Positions 48,089-59,290 of a stretch of DNA of 64,000 bases are shown one piece after another; position 1 is the stretch's first letter, and each line of letters opens with the position of its first letter. A program made the translations under genes and the position numbers. Source of the DNA: Gammaproteobacteria bacterium (GTDB lineage: Bacteria > Pseudomonadota > Gammaproteobacteria > JABDGN01); NCBI GenBank assembly GCA_013285995.1, contig JABDGN010000003.1, positions 5,317-69,316 on the forward strand. The letters run 5' to 3'. The notes under the pieces were generated by a model. It saw only the letters and a program-made list of their open reading frames with translations, was not told where the DNA came from and did no database searches.

Positions 48089-48973
48089 TTGAATACGACA
48101 TCCCCCCACTTCCATCTCGAACACAACGTTTCTCTCGCTGACTACGTCTCGTGGAAAACCAGCGGCTCCGCTAAACAACTTTTCCAACCCAGCAGTTTGG
48201 AAAACCTTCAAGCTTTTCTCAAAACCTTAGCCAATGACGAACCCTTATTATGGATTGGCCTCGGCAGCAATTTACTCATTCGTGACGGTGGCTTTAATGG
48301 CACAGTGATTTTTACGCAAAAACATTTACGGCATATAGAGCTAAAAAATACGACGACTATTTATGCCGAGTGTGGCGTTGCCTGCCCGAGTTTGGCGCGG
48401 TTTGCGGCCAAACATCATTTAAGTGATGCGGAGTTTTTTGCGGGTATTCCGGGTACCATCGGGGGAGCATTAGCGATGAATGCCGGAGCTTTTGGTGGCG
48501 AAACCTGGGAAAAAGTTTTGCGCGTTGAGTGCATCGATCGACAAGGAATTATCCACCAACGCTCGGCAACAGAGTTTGCGATTTCCTATCGTACAGTTGA
48601 AACGTCGCGCGAAGAATGGTTTGTGGGTGCAAGCTTTGAATTTGCCAGCGGTGATAAAACTAATGCTTTAGAAAAAATTAAACACTTGCTCGATAAACGT
48701 GCTGCCACCCAACCGACCGGTGTGCCCACTTGTGGATCGGTGTTTCGCAACCCGCCAGGTGATTATGCCGCGCGTTTAATTGAAGCCTGTGGTTTGAAAG
48801 GTCATCAAATTGGCGGTGCGGTGGTTTCCGAGAAACACGCCAATTTTATCGTTAACACGGGCACTGCCACGGCCAGCGATATTGAGCAATTAGTTGATTA
48901 TGTCGCCGCTACCGTGCTCGAGCAACAAGGTGTACAATTGCATCGGGAAGTGAAGGTCATGGGTGAGAGATGA
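48089..48973 (+). CDS. murB: UDP-N-acetylenolpyruvoylglucosamine reductase
   Basis: FAD-binding MurB family (GLGSNLL...GIPGTIGGA...). 294 aa. Confidence 0.9.
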   Translation: MNTTSPHFHLEHNVSLADYVSWKTSGSAKQLFQPSSLENLQAFLKTLANDEPLLWIGLGSNLLIRDGGFNGTVIFTQKHLRHIELKNTTTIYAECGVACPSLARFAAKHHLSDAEFFAGIPGTIGGALAMNAGAFGGETWEKVLRVECIDRQGIIHQRSATEFAISYRTVETSREEWFVGASFEFASGDKTNALEKIKHLLDKRAATQPTGVPTCGSVFRNPPGDYAARLIEACGLKGHQIGGAVVSEKHANFIVNTGTATASDIEQLVDYVAATVLEQQGVQLHREVKVMGER

Positions 48974-49734
48974 TATTTTGGCGCGCTAAGCCAGCGGGGC
49001 AAGCTAAATTACGAACCGAAAGTGGCGTGCAATATTTTTTACGACGCTTAAAAAAAATTTGTTTATGGCTGCTTGCTTTACTGATTTTAATTTTTATCAT
49101 CAGTAGTTATATTTATTTACATCGCCCCAGCACTTTACCAATTAAAACGATTCAAGTGCTCGGGGAATACAGTCACATTGATAATCGGACGGTGGAAAAT
49201 ATTGTTTTACCTGATGTGCAAAATGGCTTGCTCAACTTAAATTTAAGCACCTTGCAGCAGGCTCTCTTGCAATTGCCTTGGCTAGAGCGAGTCGAGATTC
49301 GCAAAATTTGGCCCGACACGATTGTTATTTATTTATATCAACAGGTGCCGGTAGCCTATTGGAATGAGAAAAGTTTATTGAACGATACGGGCGTCATTTT
49401 CACGCCACCGCACTTGAAAGATTTACCAGCCGATTTACCGTATTTTAATGGACCTGATTCGCAAAGCGCAGCGATGCTGGCCGCTTATCGCGATATGACT
49501 CAACGTTTGCAGCCTTTGGGTTTGTCAGTGCTTGCGATCAATTTAAGTCAGCGTCATGCGTGGACAGTTACTTTAAGTAACGGTATTATTTTAATTTTAG
49601 GTCGGGAAGATTTTGCGGATCGTTTGCAACGGTTTATTACGGTGTATCCGAATGTTTTAAGTGCCAAAGCGGGTCGGGTGCAGAGTGTCGACCTGCGATA
49701 TAATAGTGGATTGGCTGTTGAGTGGAAACGGTGA
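48970..49734 (+). CDS. ftsQ: cell division protein FtsQ
   Basis: Single TM ICLWLLALLILIFIISSYIYL, then a POTRA-like region (IQVLGEY...LPWLERVEIRKIWPDTIVIYLYQQVPVAYWN). Confidence 0.8.
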   Translation: MIFWRAKPAGQAKLRTESGVQYFLRRLKKICLWLLALLILIFIISSYIYLHRPSTLPIKTIQVLGEYSHIDNRTVENIVLPDVQNGLLNLNLSTLQQALLQLPWLERVEIRKIWPDTIVIYLYQQVPVAYWNEKSLLNDTGVIFTPPHLKDLPADLPYFNGPDSQSAAMLAAYRDMTQRLQPLGLSVLAINLSQRHAWTVTLSNGIILILGREDFADRLQRFITVYPNVLSAKAGRVQSVDLRYNSGLAVEWKR

Positions 49735-49744
49735 AAAATCCCCC

Positions 49745-49878
49745 TTAATCCCCCTTTTTCAAAGGGGGAAATCCTTCATTCAATTTATTGCATGAATCCC
49801 CCCTTTTTCAAAGGGGGAAATCCTTCATTCAATTTATTGCATGAATCCCTCCTTTGAAAAAGGGGGGCAGGGGGGATT
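49745..49878. repeat. family D tandem hairpin repeat (about 46-bp unit x 2.5, ending ggggggcaggggggattt)
   Basis: tcccccttaatccccctttttcaaagggggaaatccttcattcaatttattgcatgaa repeated. Directly after the ftsQ stop. Confidence 0.85.
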
Positions 49879-49921
49879 TAAAATTTTCAAATTTTGAAAA
49901 ATAAAATTTAAAGGTATCAAA

Positions 49922-51001
49922 TTGCGAGTCATAAATTTCGGGGCCGGTCCCGCTATGTTACCGGACAGTGTATTAGAACGAGCGCAAGTAGAAATGTTGG
50001 ACTGGCGTGGTACGGGTATGTCGATCATGGAAATTGGGCATCGCAGTTCTGCGTTTGAAGCATTATTACTGGGCATTGAAGCTAAACTGCGGCAGCTCAT
50101 GTCGATCCCTTCGAATTATAAAATATTATTTTTAGCCGGTGGCGCACAAGCGCAATTTGCTGCGATACCGATGAATTTATTGCGTGGCAATACCACGGCT
50201 GATTATGTTTATACCGGTGTATGGTCGGGTCTGGCGATAGATGAAGCGAAGAAACATTGTCAAGTCAATATAGTGGCGAGTGGGGAAGCGGAAAATTTTT
50301 TAACGATTCCCGCGCGCACCGACTGGCGATTAAATCCACACGCAGCTTATGCGTATTATTGCCCCAATGAAACCCTGACTGGCCTGCAATTGCACAGCAT
50401 ACCTGAGGTTGGTAATGTGCCACTGGTAGCAGACTTTACTTCCTCTATTTTGTCAGAGCCATTGGAGGTTGCAAAATTCGGTTTGATTTTTGCCAGCGCG
50501 CAAAAAAATTTAGGCCAATCGGGTGTGACCACCGTCATCGTGCGCGAAGATTTATTAGGTAACCCCGCAGCGATAACGCCTAATGTGTGGAATTATACGA
50601 AACAAGCCGAAGCGCAATCACGGGTCAATACACCGCCGACCTATGCCATTTACATTTTGGGTTTAATGTTAGATTGGGTAGCAGAGCAGGGTGGTGTCAC
50701 CGCTCTCGCCGCGACCAATGCGCGCAAAGCACGGACTTTGTATGGGTATATTGATCAGAGTGATTTTTATCGCAATCAAGTCGCACCCTCCTATCGCTCT
50801 GCAATGAATGTCACTTTTAATTTACCAACGGAAGAACTCAATGCTGCATTTGTAGCCGCCGCTGCAAAAGAAAATTTGATGAATTTAAAAGGGCACAAAA
50901 AAGCGGGTGGCATTCGGGTGAGTTTATACAATGCAGTGAGCGCAGCGATGGTGCAACGCTTAGTTGAGTTTATGCGCGAGTTTGCCAAAAGTGCGGGATA
51001 A
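49922..51001 (+). CDS. serC: phosphoserine aminotransferase
   Basis: MRVINFGAGPAMLPDSVLERAQ... aminotransferase class V. 359 aa. Confidence 0.93.
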   Translation: MRVINFGAGPAMLPDSVLERAQVEMLDWRGTGMSIMEIGHRSSAFEALLLGIEAKLRQLMSIPSNYKILFLAGGAQAQFAAIPMNLLRGNTTADYVYTGVWSGLAIDEAKKHCQVNIVASGEAENFLTIPARTDWRLNPHAAYAYYCPNETLTGLQLHSIPEVGNVPLVADFTSSILSEPLEVAKFGLIFASAQKNLGQSGVTTVIVREDLLGNPAAITPNVWNYTKQAEAQSRVNTPPTYAIYILGLMLDWVAEQGGVTALAATNARKARTLYGYIDQSDFYRNQVAPSYRSAMNVTFNLPTEELNAAFVAAAAKENLMNLKGHKKAGGIRVSLYNAVSAAMVQRLVEFMREFAKSAG

Positions 51002-51013
51002 ACGCATTAGCTT

Positions 51014-51043
51014 GGATTCCCATCGCTACGCGATGAGAATGAC
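51014..51043. repeat. family C half-element (ggattcccatcgctacgcgatgagaatgac)
   Basis: Degenerate single hairpin module related to gtcattcccgcg... Confidence 0.5.
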
Positions 51044-51122
51044 ATCAAAATTAACAAATCAAAGACAGCCCTGCAAATAGCTGTTAAAATAGCCGCTTAC
51101 TTAAAATTTTTTAGGAATTATT

Positions 51123-52361
51123 ATGGCTTGGACAGAACCCGGCAAAGACAAACAACCTAATCAGCCTAATGGATCCAATGATCCTAATCAAGGCCCACCT
51201 GATTTGGACAAGGTGTTTAAAGAATTTTCGCAAAAATTTGCTAGTTTGTTTGGCAAGAAGAAAACCACTTCCAGCACTGATAAAACGCCGCCCAGTGGCC
51301 ATAGCACAGTGATGGGCGTTGGTATCGTCATTGCGATTTTAATCGTGATTTGGATTTTATCGGGCATTTTCATTGTTTCGCCGCCGGAGCAAGCCGTCGT
51401 GTTGCGGTTTGGGCAATATGAAACAACGGTCGGCCCGGGCCCGCACTGGATCCCACGTTTTATCGATTCAGAAACCATCTTAAATGTACAACAAGTTTCT
51501 ACTTATTCTTATGAAGCGCAGATGCTGACCAAAGATCAAAACATCGTCGACGTATCGGTGGCGGTGCAATATAAAATTGCTGATGCCAAAGCTTATTTGT
51601 TTAATGTGGCCGATCCGGAACAAAGTTTACAACAAGCGACGGCCAGCGCGTTGCGGCAAGTGATTGGTAACACTAACCTGGATGATATTTTAACCAGTGG
51701 TCGTGCAGTGGTGCGGGATGAAGTGGGCCAACAACTCAATCAAATTTTGCCAATTTATAATACTGGTATTGTAGTGACTGACGTTGCTTTGCAACCAGCT
51801 AAAGCCCCCGATCAAGTGAAAGATGCCTTTGACGATGCGATTAAAGCGCAGGAAGATGAACAACGTTATATTAATCAAGCGCAAGCTTACGCACAAAGCG
51901 TCGTGCCGGTCGCACAAGGGAATGCACAGCGGATTTTGCAGGAAGCGCAAGCCTATCGTCAGCAAATAGTGTTAGCTGCGAAAGCAGATGTGGCACGTTA
52001 CCTGGCGATTTTACCAGTGTATCAAAGCGCGCCGGGTGTGACGCGCGAACGGATGTACTTATCAATGGTGCAAGATGTGTTTCAACATACTAACAAAGTA
52101 TTGTTGGATGCGAAGGGCAATCAAAATGTGGTGTATTTGCCCCTGGATAAATTAGGGGCAGCCGCTGCACCGGTTGCCACATCGACTAATGCAACGCCTA
52201 TTACCAATGCTGCTTCCGATGCGAGTCAGCAGTCGAGTACGGCACCTTCTTATAGCAGTAACACCAATAGCTCAAGCAGCAATGCTGCCGGAGCAGGTCG
52301 CCCGCAACGATTTGTATTCACCAATCCCGATAGCCAAGTGGGTACAGGAGGGAATCAATAA
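51123..52361 (+). CDS. hflK: FtsH protease modulator HflK
   Basis: MAWTEPGKDKQPNQPNG... SPFH/band-7 domain with a Q/S-rich C-terminus. Confidence 0.9.
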   Translation: MAWTEPGKDKQPNQPNGSNDPNQGPPDLDKVFKEFSQKFASLFGKKKTTSSTDKTPPSGHSTVMGVGIVIAILIVIWILSGIFIVSPPEQAVVLRFGQYETTVGPGPHWIPRFIDSETILNVQQVSTYSYEAQMLTKDQNIVDVSVAVQYKIADAKAYLFNVADPEQSLQQATASALRQVIGNTNLDDILTSGRAVVRDEVGQQLNQILPIYNTGIVVTDVALQPAKAPDQVKDAFDDAIKAQEDEQRYINQAQAYAQSVVPVAQGNAQRILQEAQAYRQQIVLAAKADVARYLAILPVYQSAPGVTRERMYLSMVQDVFQHTNKVLLDAKGNQNVVYLPLDKLGAAAAPVATSTNATPITNAASDASQQSSTAPSYSSNTNSSSSNAAGAGRPQRFVFTNPDSQVGTGGNQ

Positions 52362-53257
52362 TGTCGAAGAAATTAGTTGGCATCATTATTCTCATCATCA
52401 TTATTTTAATGGTGTTGTCAGGCAGTTTGTTTACGGTGGATGAAGGTGAACAAGCCTTAGTCACCCGTTTAGGGCAAATTAAAGATAATTCGCAAGGTCA
52501 GCCGCAAGTGATGTTGCCGGGCTTGCATGTGAAAACGCCGTTTTTGGATTCGGTATTGTATTTTGATACGCGGATTCAAACTTTAACCATCGATAAATCA
52601 CGCGTGGTGACGGCACAGAAAAAAGATGTGTTAGTCGATTATTATGTGAAATGGCGCATTACCAATTTAGCCAGTTATTTCACTTCGACAAGTGGTGATT
52701 CAGCGCAAGCCGAGCAATTATTGACGCAACAAATTAATGGTGCATTGCGCGCGCAATTTGGTCAGCGGGATATTCCGGATGTCGTGTCAGATGCGCGGTC
52801 GGAAATTATGTCGGCACTCTCAAAAAGTGCAAACGTGGGTGCGGCATCGCTGGGGATTCAAGTGATCGATGTACGGATTAAAGCGATTGATTTACCCGAT
52901 GAAGTGAGTAGCGCTGTGTTTAACCGGATGCGTGCTGAACGTACCCGTGTTGCCGCGCAACACCGCTCTGAGGGCCAAGCGCAGGCCGAAGCCATTCAAG
53001 CGACAGCCGATGCGGATGCCACTGTGATTGTTGCTAAAGCCAATGAACAAGCGGCACAATTGATGGCCGAAGGCGATAAAGAAGCGGGTAAAATCTATAC
53101 GCAAGCGTATAGTAAAGACCCCAATTTCTACGCATTTTATAAGAGTTTGCAAGCCTATCGGCAGTCGTTTTCAAATTCGAACAACAATATTTTAGTGTTG
53201 AGCCCGAATAGTGATTTCTTTAAATATTTTAATAATCCTAGTGGTAATAATAAGTAG
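52361..53257 (+). CDS. hflC: FtsH protease modulator HflC
   Basis: SPFH domain, immediately after hflK with an overlapping stop/start. Confidence 0.9.
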   Translation: MSKKLVGIIILIIIILMVLSGSLFTVDEGEQALVTRLGQIKDNSQGQPQVMLPGLHVKTPFLDSVLYFDTRIQTLTIDKSRVVTAQKKDVLVDYYVKWRITNLASYFTSTSGDSAQAEQLLTQQINGALRAQFGQRDIPDVVSDARSEIMSALSKSANVGAASLGIQVIDVRIKAIDLPDEVSSAVFNRMRAERTRVAAQHRSEGQAQAEAIQATADADATVIVAKANEQAAQLMAEGDKEAGKIYTQAYSKDPNFYAFYKSLQAYRQSFSNSNNNILVLSPNSDFFKYFNNPSGNNK

Positions 53258-53265
53258 GTCGGTTT

Positions 53266-53315
53266 GTAGGGGCCGCTCGCGAGCGGCCCGCGGGCGGGTC
53301 ACGACCCGCCCCTAC
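53266..53315. repeat. family A compound palindromic element (gtaggggccgctcgcgagcggcccgcgggcgggtcacgacccgcccctac)
   Basis: Preceded by a gtaggtcgg fragment (family B head) that contains the hflC stop codon. Confidence 0.8.
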
Positions 53316-53328
53316 ACGTAATTCGTAG

Positions 53329-54636
<1,308 letters not shown>

Positions 54637-54637
54637 A

Positions 54638-54665
54638 CGTCATTCTCGCTTTCGCGGGGATGACA
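54638..54665. repeat. family C half-element (cgtcattctcgctttcgcggggatgacag)
   Basis: Hairpin module 2 nt after the purA stop. Confidence 0.6.
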
Positions 54666-54819
54666 GTAAAAAGATAGCCATCTAATTCTAGCCCTGATTG
54701 TTCATTTTCTGTATAATCCTGTCTCTTTTAAGCGCTCATATTTCCTTAAGCTTGCTTTGTTACAATACTGGGTTTTCTGGTGGGGTTGGGGTTTAAATAT
54801 TATTAACATGGGTACAAAA

Positions 54820-57800
54820 ATGCGTCAATTTACAATTTTAAAACCATCCCTCCTAGCGTGTTTGCTGATGTTTGCTGGCCTTAATGCGGTCGCCGATACA
54901 CATGTATCTTTGCCGCAGGGTGTGACGGGGGCCTTTACCGTCGCTGGTATGCCTGTGGATAGCGTTAAAGTGGGTGAAACCTTGACTTATACCATCACTA
55001 ACAACTCGCAAGAAGTGTTGAGTGATTTTTATGTTGATAGCGCGCACTTGCCTAGCCAATTTAAATTAATAGCCAATGGTGGCGAGCATCCTTGTTCGAT
55101 TAATCCCGCCAATAAAATTTCATTAATGACCGTTCCCAATAGTGATTTGGAACATCCGCATTTACCGACCAATTATTGCACTTTGACGGGTGAGTTTACG
55201 GAATCAGTACCAGCACAAGCGCAAGGCTTAACGTTCAACTTGCCACTCCATTTTGCAGAACCGGGTTCTATGAATGTTAACCCGCCTATGGTTCAAGCTG
55301 ATTTGCCAGCTCATTTGAAGGCCATCAGTGATACCTCTGATTCATTGCCAGCGGGCGTGACCGGCGCGTTTTCGGTGGACGGTAAAGCTGTTGCAACAGT
55401 GAAAGAAAATCAAACTGTTGTCTACACGATTACCAATGGTTCTGGGACAGAGTTGGAGAATGTTTATGTCGATAGAGCAAGCCTGCCTACGAATTTTGTT
55501 TTAGATGAGTACGCTGGCTGGCGTCATTGCTCAGTATATCTGGAAGGTAAAACACCTCTAGTGACTACGCCAGCGGATGCAGCATCTCCGCACTTGCCGA
55601 CTAATTACTGTACCTTAACGGGTTATTTTACCAGTGCGGGGGAAGTTGCATGGAATATTAACATGCACTTTTCAATCGGTAGCACGAGTTATGAACCCGA
55701 GTTTACCGCCAAAATGACGGGTAAATTGGAGGTGGGAAATCCACACCAAGCCATTCCGGTGTATGTGTTTGGTGATAGTTGGTCAGATATGGGAAATAAC
55801 GGCATTGCAACCAATAAGCCCAATGGCAAAACCTGGGCTTATTATGTGGCGCAAGATTATGACAACCTGAACGGAATTCAGGCTTCTAAAAATGGTGGTA
55901 CAGATTATGCGCAGGGCGGGGCTTTAGCGGCAGCTGCAATAACGCAAGTTGATAGCTATCTTAACTCGCATAATAATCGTGCTGATCCGAAAGCTTTGTA
56001 TATTTTCTTTATTGGCGGTAACGATATACGTAATGCTTCTACCGTACAAAAGCAAACGATGGAAACTGCCGCTGGCAAAGTGAGCGAAGCCGCCAAACAC
56101 TTATTGGAAAGTGGCGCTCAGCATGTGGCTGTGGTAAATATTCCCATTTATAAAGATGTCAAGAATATTCCTGAAGCGCTGCGCCCTTTTATTCCACAAA
56201 TCGTTATTACTAATGGTGACAATTCAGAAACATTTAACACTAAGTTGTCGAATGAAGTAACAGCGTTGCAAGGAACCTATAAGGATAGAATTGATTTGGT
56301 TGACCTATATAAACCAATGATAGGCTTAATGTTGCCTGATTCGATGGGCGGCAACCAGGCTATCAAAGATCACTATAAATTTGATGCAGTCTTTGATTTA
56401 ATCCCTGCTATTAAAACCTATTCTTGTGCTGATGCGAACCGGCTGTTGAAGTCGGCCTGTGAAGAAACCAATTGGTTCTTTTACGACACAGATGACAATG
56501 GTATTCCATTGCATCCGGCTGACTATATTATTCAGGTTGGACCTGAAAAAGGTACGCATGCCGGTGGCCACATATTTTTTGCTAAAGAATTTATGAAAGC
56601 CTATAAATATGTACCTGGCGACGAAACACCCCCACCCGTGGATGATAGTGTATCGTTCAGCGGCAAATTATTAGACGATAAAGGCCAAGCTTTAACCCGT
56701 GTAGAAGTAGGTCATGCAGTTGTTTATAAAGTCACTAATACGTCACCTGCACAAGGGGTTAGCCTTTACTTAAGTGGTGCATTGCCAGCCCATTTTGTGT
56801 TGAATACAGCGGGCACCCACTGTGCGCTCAATGAACATCCAGCAACCGATTTAGCGCCTAATCAAAGCTGTGAATTAGTAGGCACTTTTAGCAAACCTAT
56901 TTTGCTTGGACAAACCGTTAAAATGGATTTTAAAGTAAACTACAAGCGTGCTCATACGGATGCAAGCTGGACGGCTTATAACATGGCGTCGTTTACTGTA
57001 GGTGTTTACCAACCTTTGTATGTGTTCGGCGATAGTTTGTCGGATATGGGTAATGAAGTCGATCCGCAATTTAAAGCCAAATTAGGGGCTCTGCCATTCC
57101 CAGCTAGAGGCCCTTATACTAGTGTGGACGGTAAAAAGTATGGTGGGGAAACTTGGGTTGTCGATGTTGCCAAGCAGTTGGGTAACACAACTATTACGGC
57201 TTCCCGTCCGATAAATAATGGTGCGCACGGTACAGATTATGCGGTAAGTGGCAGTACCACGTCAGGGTTGGATGCACAGTTGACAGCGCTTAAACAAGAT
57301 CATCCGCAATTGGACGGCGATGCTTTATATGTCGTGTGGTCGGCTGGTAATGATTTCTTGTATCAGGCCTTGAGCAATAAAGGCTCTACAGACTATTCAC
57401 CTGCCGCAAAGACAGCTGCAAATAATATGATTAACTTCATTAAGAAATTGCAGGCAACTAACATAAAACATATCGTGGTGATCAATTTACCACCGATTGG
57501 TTATACGCCTCTCATTGCTAACAATGTGTTTGATCTGGTGGGAAGTGGCAAAAAAGATCCAATGAATAAAGCGGTCGACACCTACAACACACAATTAGCT
57601 AACTTTGTCCACGCTGATACAAGTGGCAAATTAAAATTAGTGGATATGTATACACCCGCAGAGGCTTTATACGAGAGTAATGGCGCTAGCTATACAAAAA
57701 TCAAGTTTACAGATGTTAAGACATCTTGTTGGAATGTGATAGGATTTTTTAGTTGCGGGCCTAAAAAACAGCCAGGATTTTTCTATTGGGATACCATACA

Positions 57801-57864
57801 TCCTAGCAACAGCGGCCACTTGTTTTTAGCGGATCAATTTATGGAATCTTATAACGCACAATAG
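54820..57864 (+). CDS. secreted tandem-domain GDSL/SGNH hydrolase (three N-modules and two catalytic domains)
   Basis: Signal peptide MRQFTILKPSLLACLLMFAGLNAVA. Two GDSL blocks (VYVFGDSWSDMGNNG and LYVFGDSLSDMGNEV), each with GGND and DxxHP blocks. Three copies of a roughly 150-aa N-module ending HLPTNYCTLTG. Confidence 0.8.
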   Translation: MRQFTILKPSLLACLLMFAGLNAVADTHVSLPQGVTGAFTVAGMPVDSVKVGETLTYTITNNSQEVLSDFYVDSAHLPSQFKLIANGGEHPCSINPANKISLMTVPNSDLEHPHLPTNYCTLTGEFTESVPAQAQGLTFNLPLHFAEPGSMNVNPPMVQADLPAHLKAISDTSDSLPAGVTGAFSVDGKAVATVKENQTVVYTITNGSGTELENVYVDRASLPTNFVLDEYAGWRHCSVYLEGKTPLVTTPADAASPHLPTNYCTLTGYFTSAGEVAWNINMHFSIGSTSYEPEFTAKMTGKLEVGNPHQAIPVYVFGDSWSDMGNNGIATNKPNGKTWAYYVAQDYDNLNGIQASKNGGTDYAQGGALAAAAITQVDSYLNSHNNRADPKALYIFFIGGNDIRNASTVQKQTMETAAGKVSEAAKHLLESGAQHVAVVNIPIYKDVKNIPEALRPFIPQIVITNGDNSETFNTKLSNEVTALQGTYKDRIDLVDLYKPMIGLMLPDSMGGNQAIKDHYKFDAVFDLIPAIKTYSCADANRLLKSACEETNWFFYDTDDNGIPLHPADYIIQVGPEKGTHAGGHIFFAKEFMKAYKYVPGDETPPPVDDSVSFSGKLLDDKGQALTRVEVGHAVVYKVTNTSPAQGVSLYLSGALPAHFVLNTAGTHCALNEHPATDLAPNQSCELVGTFSKPILLGQTVKMDFKVNYKRAHTDASWTAYNMASFTVGVYQPLYVFGDSLSDMGNEVDPQFKAKLGALPFPARGPYTSVDGKKYGGETWVVDVAKQLGNTTITASRPINNGAHGTDYAVSGSTTSGLDAQLTALKQDHPQLDGDALYVVWSAGNDFLYQALSNKGSTDYSPAAKTAANNMINFIKKLQATNIKHIVVINLPPIGYTPLIANNVFDLVGSGKKDPMNKAVDTYNTQLANFVHADTSGKLKLVDMYTPAEALYESNGASYTKIKFTDVKTSCWNVIGFFSCGPKKQPGFFYWDTIHPSNSGHLFLADQFMESYNAQ

Positions 57865-57878
57865 TGCAGGAGAAAATC

Positions 57879-59276
57879 ATGATAGGAAAGAAAATCTACA
57901 CAGATGTTTTTAAAGCAGTGTTATTAAGCAGCTTGTGCGCAAGTTCAGCTTTAGCTGCCAATGAGTTTACCGGTTCTTTGAGTATTAATAACGCTCAAGT
58001 GTTGAATACTCAAGCATCTAATGCCACTGTGCCTAGCGTGGAAATTAATCATCCCGTGATGTACACGATCACTAACGCAACAGGCAATGCTTTTTACAAA
58101 GTGTATGTGTCTGGTGGTTTACCGAAACATTTTGTGCAAGAAGATGTAGCAGGGCAAATCAATTGCCCTACTAGCGCGGCGCAGGGTATTACGTTGTTGG
58201 CCGGTGCAACTTGCAAATTAAGTGGGTATTTCACAGCTGCATCACCTTACCAACCAAATGGTTCGGTACATTGGAATGTGCTAGTAGATTACTCAACCGA
58301 TGCAAAATCTGCTCCCACCACCAGCGAGCAACTCGCTTTGTCATCTATGGGTGTATCACAACCCGTGTATGTATTTGGTGATAGTTTGTCGGATATGGGT
58401 AATATCAATGCGATGAATTTAACAGGTCCTTATACCAATAACATCGAGCCTACCACACCGGTTAATAAAGATGCTAAAACTTGGGCAGATTATTTGGCAG
58501 TTGCTTTTGGGAATGATGGCATCAAGGCTTCTGAGCAATGCGACGGTGAACCAAAAATTTGTGGTACCGATTTTGCAGTAGGGGGTGCTGTTGCAGGGCC
58601 ATTGCCAGCAGGTTTTGAAGGTTTTCAGGCTACTCTGCTGAGCAGCGAGTTGGATAAATTTTTCGCGATTCATCCTGGTAAAATCGATTCCAATGCAGTG
58701 TATGCAATATGGGCGGGTGGAAATAATTTGCTCTACCCAGCTTTATTAGCGCCTGAAAAAATAACTGATGATTATCTCAAAGATTCTGTAATAGCGATTA
58801 ATGAGAGTGTTGGGCGTTTGAAAGAAATGGGTGCTACTCAAATCGTGGTATTCAATTTACCACCGGTGGGTAATGTGCCCGCTTTCAAGGAGCAAACTGC
58901 GTTGCGAGATACGCTGAATGAACGGGTAATATACTTTAATAACCAACTGCAGACAGCGATAGACGAACTTAATAGAGCAAATCCACAGCATCCTGTTAAG
59001 CTTATCGATATCCATAAAATTTTTGCCAACTATATAGCTGCCTTCAAACCAGGTGAGCCGTATGGTCCCGGCAATGATATTTTTCAAAATATCACTGATA
59101 ATTGCTATGCAGAAGCAGGTAGCAATGATCCTTCAATGGATCCTACGCAAAATGTTATACGTAATGCTTGTAAAGAGCAAAATGGCGATTGGTTTTATTT
59201 CGATGCCGTACATCCGAGTGGTAAAGCACACAAATTCATCTGGAATAATATTAAAGCTGAATTTGCTGGATTGTAA
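57879..59276 (+). CDS. secreted GDSL/SGNH hydrolase (paralog 2)
   Basis: AGGAG SD. Signal peptide ...LCASSALA. N-module, then VYVFGDSLSDMGN, WAGGNN and FYFDAVHPSGKAH. Confidence 0.8.
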   Translation: MIGKKIYTDVFKAVLLSSLCASSALAANEFTGSLSINNAQVLNTQASNATVPSVEINHPVMYTITNATGNAFYKVYVSGGLPKHFVQEDVAGQINCPTSAAQGITLLAGATCKLSGYFTAASPYQPNGSVHWNVLVDYSTDAKSAPTTSEQLALSSMGVSQPVYVFGDSLSDMGNINAMNLTGPYTNNIEPTTPVNKDAKTWADYLAVAFGNDGIKASEQCDGEPKICGTDFAVGGAVAGPLPAGFEGFQATLLSSELDKFFAIHPGKIDSNAVYAIWAGGNNLLYPALLAPEKITDDYLKDSVIAINESVGRLKEMGATQIVVFNLPPVGNVPAFKEQTALRDTLNERVIYFNNQLQTAIDELNRANPQHPVKLIDIHKIFANYIAAFKPGEPYGPGNDIFQNITDNCYAEAGSNDPSMDPTQNVIRNACKEQNGDWFYFDAVHPSGKAHKFIWNNIKAEFAGL

Positions 59277-59290
59277 GATAAGCAGCTATC

